A stretch of 64,000 bases of DNA, from the NCBI GenBank assembly GCA_001687465.1, contig LVLI01000194.1, positions 1-64,000 of the forward strand. Reading direction: 5' to 3'. The notes under the pieces were generated by a model, which saw only the letters and a program-made list of their open reading frames with translations, was not told where the DNA came from and did no database searches. Of the stretch, positions 58,075-64,000 are shown piece by piece. Each line of letters opens with the position of its first letter. Within the stretch, counting starts at the first letter, position 1. This stretch comes from Halocafeteria seosinensis (taxonomy: Eukaryota). Position numbers and translations under genes: made by a program.

Positions 58075-61000
58075 ATGGAGCTGCGAGCACGAGAGCCTCA
58101 TGCGAATTGGTGGCACTTGGATCGGGACCGTGAAGTTTCGTACACATTCGAGAAATTCAGCAACACATTGGAAGACCAAGTGAGGAGGAAAATTCATGCC
58201 GAAAAAATCGACGAGAGGTACAAAGTTGAAAACATCGAAACCAGGATTGATGAGCGTCAGTTTCGGAGGATTGCTAAAATCTCCAAAGAGAAGGTCCTTC
58301 AGCGTCAAACAGTGCAACCCATTCTCACCTTCCATGGCACACGAAAACCCGACCACGTTGCTTCCATCCTGAAGCATGGATACCTGATGCCTGGTTTAGA
58401 CATTCACCCAACTAAAGGATATGCTGTGTGTATGGCCAGAGGAAATTTTTATGGAGATGGAATTTACTCTTCTACGGACTTCGATGTTAGTGAGTGGATG
58501 TCCTTTTTGGATTTCAGAGAGAGTCTCACTCTTCTGGTGAATTTGGTATTTATTGGCCAGTCAGAGTTTGTAAAGCCCCCCGATGACATTCCGGTGCATT
58601 TCAATAGCAGTAAAGGGTACTATTCCGGATCTCACACGTTGATCTCCTACGACCATCGGATTATAGTCTCCGGTGTTTCTCGATACATCATACCTCTCAT
58701 GACAGTGACGTTGAGTCCGATCGCTCAGCATCCGTATTTCCAGGACATAGTTATGCGCTTTCCAGGAATGCAGCCTTCTGTTATCTCTCCGAAATTTCGT
58801 TTCGAAACAGAGGCGATGGATGTTGAAAAAGGATTCGTGCGGTGCCTTGAGTTGTGCGAGGACTACCATCTTCTTAGCTTATCTTCTCCCGAGCCAGCAT
58901 CTGCGTGCGTTCCTGCCCCTGTGGTGAACCACTTGATCCTTCCGCTTGCAATCCTTAAAGATACCAAAGCTGCAAATTATGTTTCGGGATTCTCAGAATC
59001 TCTTGAAAGTGAGAAAACCTGGTTATACGTCGAAGACGGTTCGGGAGATCGCTTTGATGTCACTAATATTGGTGCTTTTCGATCAATATCTCAATCGTGG
59101 GAATTAAACAAGAGTACCGAAGAAAGACTTGTCCCATCCGTCGAATCCTGCTTGGACAAAGTAACAAACGGGCACAACAATCGCATTCATGTCATCTACG
59201 TTTTTGTAGACAAGCCTACTGACAGGGAGAAACTGGATCTATTGAGCGAACGCTGGAAGCTATATTGCAGTGTCCACCAGATAGTCGTTAAACTAGTTGT
59301 GCTAAACAAGGAGGGGAAAATCGATGATCTGCTTAAGCTAAAGGCAGATATACAAACTGTTCACTTCTTTGAAGAACACATTCAGTTGTTAGAGCAAAGA
59401 CCTTTGGATGAGATGTTGCTCCAAATCAATGAGGAAAATTACAACCTCCCCATTCATCAACGTTACTTTTCCATACCCTTTCCTTTAGGAACTGTTTGCG
59501 AAGGTTTCTTGACTGACATGACTCAAGGACCAGTATGGGATACAGCCGGCTTCGAAAGTGTTCTATTCAAGGGCATTCCACCGAAGGCTGTTAAAATCGA
59601 TGAACGTTTTTATAAGGTGAGGATTTTACCAAAGGCTCCCCATCACTCAACAGCTACAGACGATAGGACTGTTGATTATGGTATCAGGAGTTTCTTGTCC
59701 ATACTGGCGAAGTATCGGAACTTCGTTTTGCGCTTTCGATCGAGATGCAAGAATTCTATTCCGCTCGTCAACAAACTGTCCCGTGCGGTATTCAATAGTA
59801 TGAACACGTATGAGCATCCGATGTATTCCAGAACACTGCTGTATCAAATGCAGAAGCTGTTGAGCGATGTGACCTGCTTTGGTAGTGTCACGTTTGGAGA
59901 CCAATGGTATCAGAAACTGATGAACATGAAGTTCGCTAAATCGGTTGTCCATCGCACGCACAGGGCGTTTGACCCTCTACTTGCGGACGAATTGCCAGGG
60001 CTCGACCATTCAGGCTTTCTCATCAACGTCCATCGGTCGCCAGCAACTGAAGTGGAACCATGGACTGTTATCATTTCCCACGTGTCACAGGAGACATGTA
60101 GCTGTGGAGTGATGTACAGAGTAGCCGCAAACTCCAAGAGGAAGTCCCGTACCTTTGACAACCACCGGGTTTCCGATGTGCTACCTACGACGCCTCCCAG
60201 TACGGATTTGGAACGTATGTACTGTGCTTTTGTATTCACCCGTAATCCTCATCTATATATTGAGTCGCAATATGTGGCTCTTTTGACGGTCTGTTGGATC
60301 GAGACTATCGCCCTAACTGCAAGCAACACAAAGGCTCACCCGCTCTTCAACACACTCCTTCTTTTAACCCGCGAGCAGATGAATACCCCCGGAAATAAAA
60401 CCCATATTGCAAGCATAATCAATGCAGATGGAGAATTTTCTGAGTACCTTACCGAGCTGTATGATATTCCTTCGTGTTGTAAGCTACTCGGTATGCTGCT
60501 CCTACCGGAGTCGGCAAGGATTTTTGCTAGTAAATACTTCTCTTACTTTGCCTTCCAAGTACTCGCTGAAGGTGTTATGCGTAGTTGCCGAGCTATGATG
60601 CGATCCCGTAAGAATACGCCAGAAAAACTCTTGGATCGATTGCTCGGTATTACTTCGTCTACTGATCCAAAAACATACCACTTCGATTTGCGGAGGGCTA
60701 AGCGGGCTACTAATAAGTTTTACGAAACTAAATTTACTAACTGTTCGCCGGTTGTCGTGATTTACGTTCTTGGAGTCTTGGAGGACTATCACAAAGGGCT
60801 TGATCCCCTTGAGCGATTGCTCAGCGGGGCAGTTACTCCGAAGCAGTTCCTTCGTTCTCATCTGCCTGGAGAAAGGGGATCCGTTGTACAAGTAGCGCTG
60901 TACATTCAAGGGATAAAGTTCAACAAGGCGCGCTTACGGAAACGGCTTAAGTTTGATAATCCCCGCCAAATTATTGACGAAGCAATTGCCGAGCGTTTAT

Positions 61001-61518
61001 ATGCCCTCCAGCGGAAGAGAGAGATCAGTGAAACCGTCCGAGAAAAGCAGAATGCCAGGCTTGCAAAGCGAGTGGAAGAGGCTGTACCTTTCAAAAAGTA
61101 CCATCACATGCCGAAGATATTTACACATGGAGAGGTCGCTAAGCTAAATGAGGAAAGACAAGCTGATGATAAACTTGAATTGCTATCCTCAGGACTGTTA
61201 AAGCATCACTGTTGCTATCCTGAGTGCCCATATTTCTTGCAGCAATTTGCCACATCGAAGGATAAGAAGAAAGACACCCGCCGCGGAATCATGCAACATT
61301 TGCGCTACAACTGGCTAAATTGCAATTACGTACCTAATTTTCATGAAAATGCGATCAAAGTAATTAGACGGAATTCTTCGTTCGATGAGTTTGTCTCTCA
61401 GATGCACCAGATCTATCGACGATCCGCTTCTCCTCAGAAGGACCAGTTTTTCAATTGCGAGGACCTTGCGTCCAAGCTGCGTATCGTATACGACCAAGTG
61501 AGTGCCGTTTCGTCATAG
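58075..61518 (+). CDS. About 1150-aa protein with N-terminal PARP-like ADP-ribosyltransferase domain, possible vWA-like middle and C-terminal Cys/His motif
   Basis: LTFHGT...SILKHGY...RGNFYGDGIYSS...LLVNLVFIG...IIPLMTV is the PARP catalytic pattern. C-terminal LLKHHCCYPECPYF...HL. One uninterrupted 3.5-kb ORF; upstream exons cannot be excluded. Confidence 0.72.
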   Translation: MELRAREPHANWWHLDRDREVSYTFEKFSNTLEDQVRRKIHAEKIDERYKVENIETRIDERQFRRIAKISKEKVLQRQTVQPILTFHGTRKPDHVASILKHGYLMPGLDIHPTKGYAVCMARGNFYGDGIYSSTDFDVSEWMSFLDFRESLTLLVNLVFIGQSEFVKPPDDIPVHFNSSKGYYSGSHTLISYDHRIIVSGVSRYIIPLMTVTLSPIAQHPYFQDIVMRFPGMQPSVISPKFRFETEAMDVEKGFVRCLELCEDYHLLSLSSPEPASACVPAPVVNHLILPLAILKDTKAANYVSGFSESLESEKTWLYVEDGSGDRFDVTNIGAFRSISQSWELNKSTEERLVPSVESCLDKVTNGHNNRIHVIYVFVDKPTDREKLDLLSERWKLYCSVHQIVVKLVVLNKEGKIDDLLKLKADIQTVHFFEEHIQLLEQRPLDEMLLQINEENYNLPIHQRYFSIPFPLGTVCEGFLTDMTQGPVWDTAGFESVLFKGIPPKAVKIDERFYKVRILPKAPHHSTATDDRTVDYGIRSFLSILAKYRNFVLRFRSRCKNSIPLVNKLSRAVFNSMNTYEHPMYSRTLLYQMQKLLSDVTCFGSVTFGDQWYQKLMNMKFAKSVVHRTHRAFDPLLADELPGLDHSGFLINVHRSPATEVEPWTVIISHVSQETCSCGVMYRVAANSKRKSRTFDNHRVSDVLPTTPPSTDLERMYCAFVFTRNPHLYIESQYVALLTVCWIETIALTASNTKAHPLFNTLLLLTREQMNTPGNKTHIASIINADGEFSEYLTELYDIPSCCKLLGMLLLPESARIFASKYFSYFAFQVLAEGVMRSCRAMMRSRKNTPEKLLDRLLGITSSTDPKTYHFDLRRAKRATNKFYETKFTNCSPVVVIYVLGVLEDYHKGLDPLERLLSGAVTPKQFLRSHLPGERGSVVQVALYIQGIKFNKARLRKRLKFDNPRQIIDEAIAERLYALQRKREISETVREKQNARLAKRVEEAVPFKKYHHMPKIFTHGEVAKLNEERQADDKLELLSSGLLKHHCCYPECPYFLQQFATSKDKKKDTRRGIMQHLRYNWLNCNYVPNFHENAIKVIRRNSSFDEFVSQMHQIYRRSASPQKDQFFNCEDLASKLRIVYDQVSAVSS

Positions 61519-61847
61519 TTTCGTATGAATTTGTTGTGATAATGTTAATTGCACAATTATAAGGTTGTATACGAAAAGTTTGTCTCATCATTTCCATTTT
61601 TTGATTTTCTTGGTCCTTGCCCACTTCCACGTGGGGTGGCAAGTTGCCCAGTTTTGGCAACTAGTGAAAAAGACGACAATCTTTTCCTCGCTTTAAGATC
61701 GAAGACAGAAAAAAGTGGTCTTTTTCCTCCATTATACATGTCATTTTCACTCGTGTATCGTTGGATCAGCAGTCTGGTATTGCTGTTCATACACGTTCCA
61801 TCCCTACATGCGTACATAGATAGTAACAGGCCAGAAAGGGAAAGAAT

Positions 61848-63543
61848 ATGTCCACCAATTTGGAGTCCCAGAACATCTGGGGGTCCTCTGGAGACACTAC
61901 AGGCAATGCACAGGGCTCAGGAGAGCAGTCCCAGGAGCAAGACCTCCCTCCTGAGGTGCTCGAGATGACGGACGAGCAGATCCGGACGCGCATTCGAGTG
62001 ATGGAAAACAACCTGAGGTATATGGACCAGGATAAACGACGCTTGCAACACGATGTGGACAAGCAAAAGAACCTGGTGAATGAAAACAAAGAGAAAATTA
62101 AACTCAACAAACAGCTCCCCTACCTGGTAGGACATCTTGTGGAGGTGAGTTTGCGGTTTCTTGTGTCTCTCGCTTCCCCAGGTGGAAGAAACTACTCTTG
62201 GGTGTGTGGGGTGCAGCTCTTGGATTTGGGACAAGAGGAAGATGACGAAGATGGAGCCATCATGGATGAAGAGGATCAACGCAAAAACAAGACCGCGGTC
62301 GTCAAGACATCAACTCGTCAGGTAAGCCTATTCTTGATGAGGTGACCCTCGTAAAAGATGGGTAATCACCTTTGTTCGTGCAGACTGTCTATCTTCCCAT
62401 CATTGGGCTCGTGGATTCTAGCGAGTTACACCCAGGTGACTTAATTGGCGTTAATAAGGACAGTTACCTTGTACTAGAAAAGTTACCTACTGAGTATGAC
62501 TCCCGGGTTAAAGCAATGGAATTGGACGAAAAGCCCAAGGAAACTTACAGTGACATTGGAGGCTGTGACAAGCAAATCGAGGAACTGGTAGAGGCCGTAG
62601 TTTTACCCATGACACATGCAGAAAAGTTTCAAAAGCTTGGAGTTCAAGCACCCAAAGGTATGCAGAAAGAGATTCGCTCTTCCTTAGGTTTCAGATTCAA
62701 GGCGTTTTTCTCCCCTTGCAGGTGTTCTGCTGCATGGTCCCCCAGGAACAGGTAAAACACTGTTGGCTCGTGCATGCGCTAACCAGACGGATGCAATATT
62801 TCTGAAGTTAGCTGGACCTTCACTCGTCCAAATGTTTATAGGCGATGGAGCTAAGATGATTAGAGATGCCTTTGATCTTGCCAAGGAAAAAATAAAGGAA
62901 ACCGGGAAGTCAGGAGCCATTATCTTTATCGACGAGGTTGATGCTATCGGGACAAAGCGTTTTAACAGTGATCAGACGGGCGATCGCGAAGTCCAACGAA
63001 CCATGCTGGAGCTTTTGAATCAGCTGGACGGTTTTGCAAGCAATGAAAAGATTAAAGTGATTGCGGCCACCAACCGTGTTGATACGCTGGACCCCGCTTT
63101 ACTGCGCTCGGTATGTATTTATATATTGCATTTTTCACCCGTTTTATGGAGAATTTACGTGTTTCGTGTTCATAGTCCGCAGGGTAGACTTGACCGAAAG
63201 GTGGAATTGCCACACCCTCCTGAGGACGCCCGAGCTCGAATTCTACAAATTCACTCCCGCAAAATGAACTACAAGAAGGATGGTATGTACTTCAGATTAT
63301 TGTTTTTTCCCGTAGTATGTATGTCGGTATTACTTTGAAGTCGAAAAAAATGCAGAGGTCAACTTTGAAGAACTCGCGAGGTCCACGGAAGACTTTAATG
63401 GTGCCCAGTTAAAAGCTGTGTGTGTGGAAGCAGGCATGCTGGCTTTACGAAGAGAAGCTACTGAGATTGGACATCAAGATTACGTCGACGGGATAAGCGA
63501 AGTTCAAATGAAGAAACGTCAAGAGCTCCAGTATTATGCGTAG
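61848..63543 (+). CDS. RPT5: 26S proteasome regulatory AAA-ATPase subunit 6A (Rpt5/PSMC3)
   Basis: [93 protein letters not shown], and the terminus LQYYA*. Confidence 0.97.
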
Positions 63544-63643
63544 TTATTGCTTCGCAGCTTCAAAAAAAATATATCTATATACCGCACAGTACAGTACACA
63601 TAAGCTTAAGCTTTGGATATATGTATTTCGCGATCTATCACTG

Positions 63644-64000
63644 TTAGCCTTGTAAAGCGGAGCCTGAAAATCCAACTTCCTGCTCCGAATATGCTTTGGA
63701 CTCCGCCAACTTGTCTGCTAGTTGGTCTTCTCGAACGCGTTGATCATTAGGGCGCCAAAACAGATGTCCGCCATTCGGAACCCCACATCCTTTCACTGTC
63801 TCAAAGTCTAGAAGCTCATTGCCTTGATAGAACAAACTTCCTAGCGTTTCCGTGCCGAACATCTGCATGATTTTCATTTTCAGAAGCTGGATAGTATCCT
63901 CGTTTTGGATCGGTACGGCCTCGCTTTGGTCCTGTTTGCGCAAACGCTTTCGTCCACTTCCGTTTCTTGCTCGATCGCTCCGCGCTTCAGACGGGACATT
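63644..64000 (-). CDS. 3' end of a USP48/UBP26-like deubiquitinase (C-terminal ubiquitin-like domain), truncated by the window edge
   Basis: UBL-like TIQLLKMKIMQMFG...LFYQGNELLDFETVKGCGVPNGGHL. The terminal EVGFSGSALQG resembles the USP48 C-terminal E.GF.GT.L motif. Confidence 0.65.
   Translation of the reverse strand, partial: NVPSEARSDRARNGSGRKRLRKQDQSEAVPIQNEDTIQLLKMKIMQMFGTETLGSLFYQGNELLDFETVKGCGVPNGGHLFWRPNDQRVREDQLADKLAESKAYSEQEVGFSGSALQG

Overview
Gene-dense eukaryotic DNA with short GT-AG introns (the ones I could delimit are 60-85 nt), from a flagellated protist (an NME7 gene is present). A heterotrophic stramenopile is my guess, and I cannot establish it from the sequence. About 21 genes or gene remnants are visible. 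In order: RER1, a villin-headpiece protein, a La-motif + 2xRRM protein, BRCA2, a PRR11-like protein, a giant GH13-like/GT5/CBM48 alpha-glucan synthase, two tandem metal-independent M24 (ectoine-hydrolase/creatinase-like) genes, a coiled-coil protein, a small membrane protein, CD36, FANCM, NME7, an RCC1-repeat protein, a Cys-rich surface protein, Tam methyltransferase, a GLUG/mucin/Cys-rich multi-TM receptor-like gene, a decayed Polinton/virophage-type protein-primed DNA polymerase, gluconokinase, a PARP-like 1150-aa protein, Rpt5 and the 3' end of USP48. Four observations stand out. (1) The 8 BRC repeats of BRCA2, all reading FxxG, sit inside the OB2 fold of the DNA-binding domain instead of N-terminal to it. 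(2) An AT-rich endogenous viral pPolB relic lies near an intronless mono-ART-like gene in an intron-poor accessory island. (3) The DoeA-like tandem duplicates differ in intron content. (4) A bacterial-type Tam carries a putative mitochondrial presequence. All calls come from motif recognition by eye; no searches were run.
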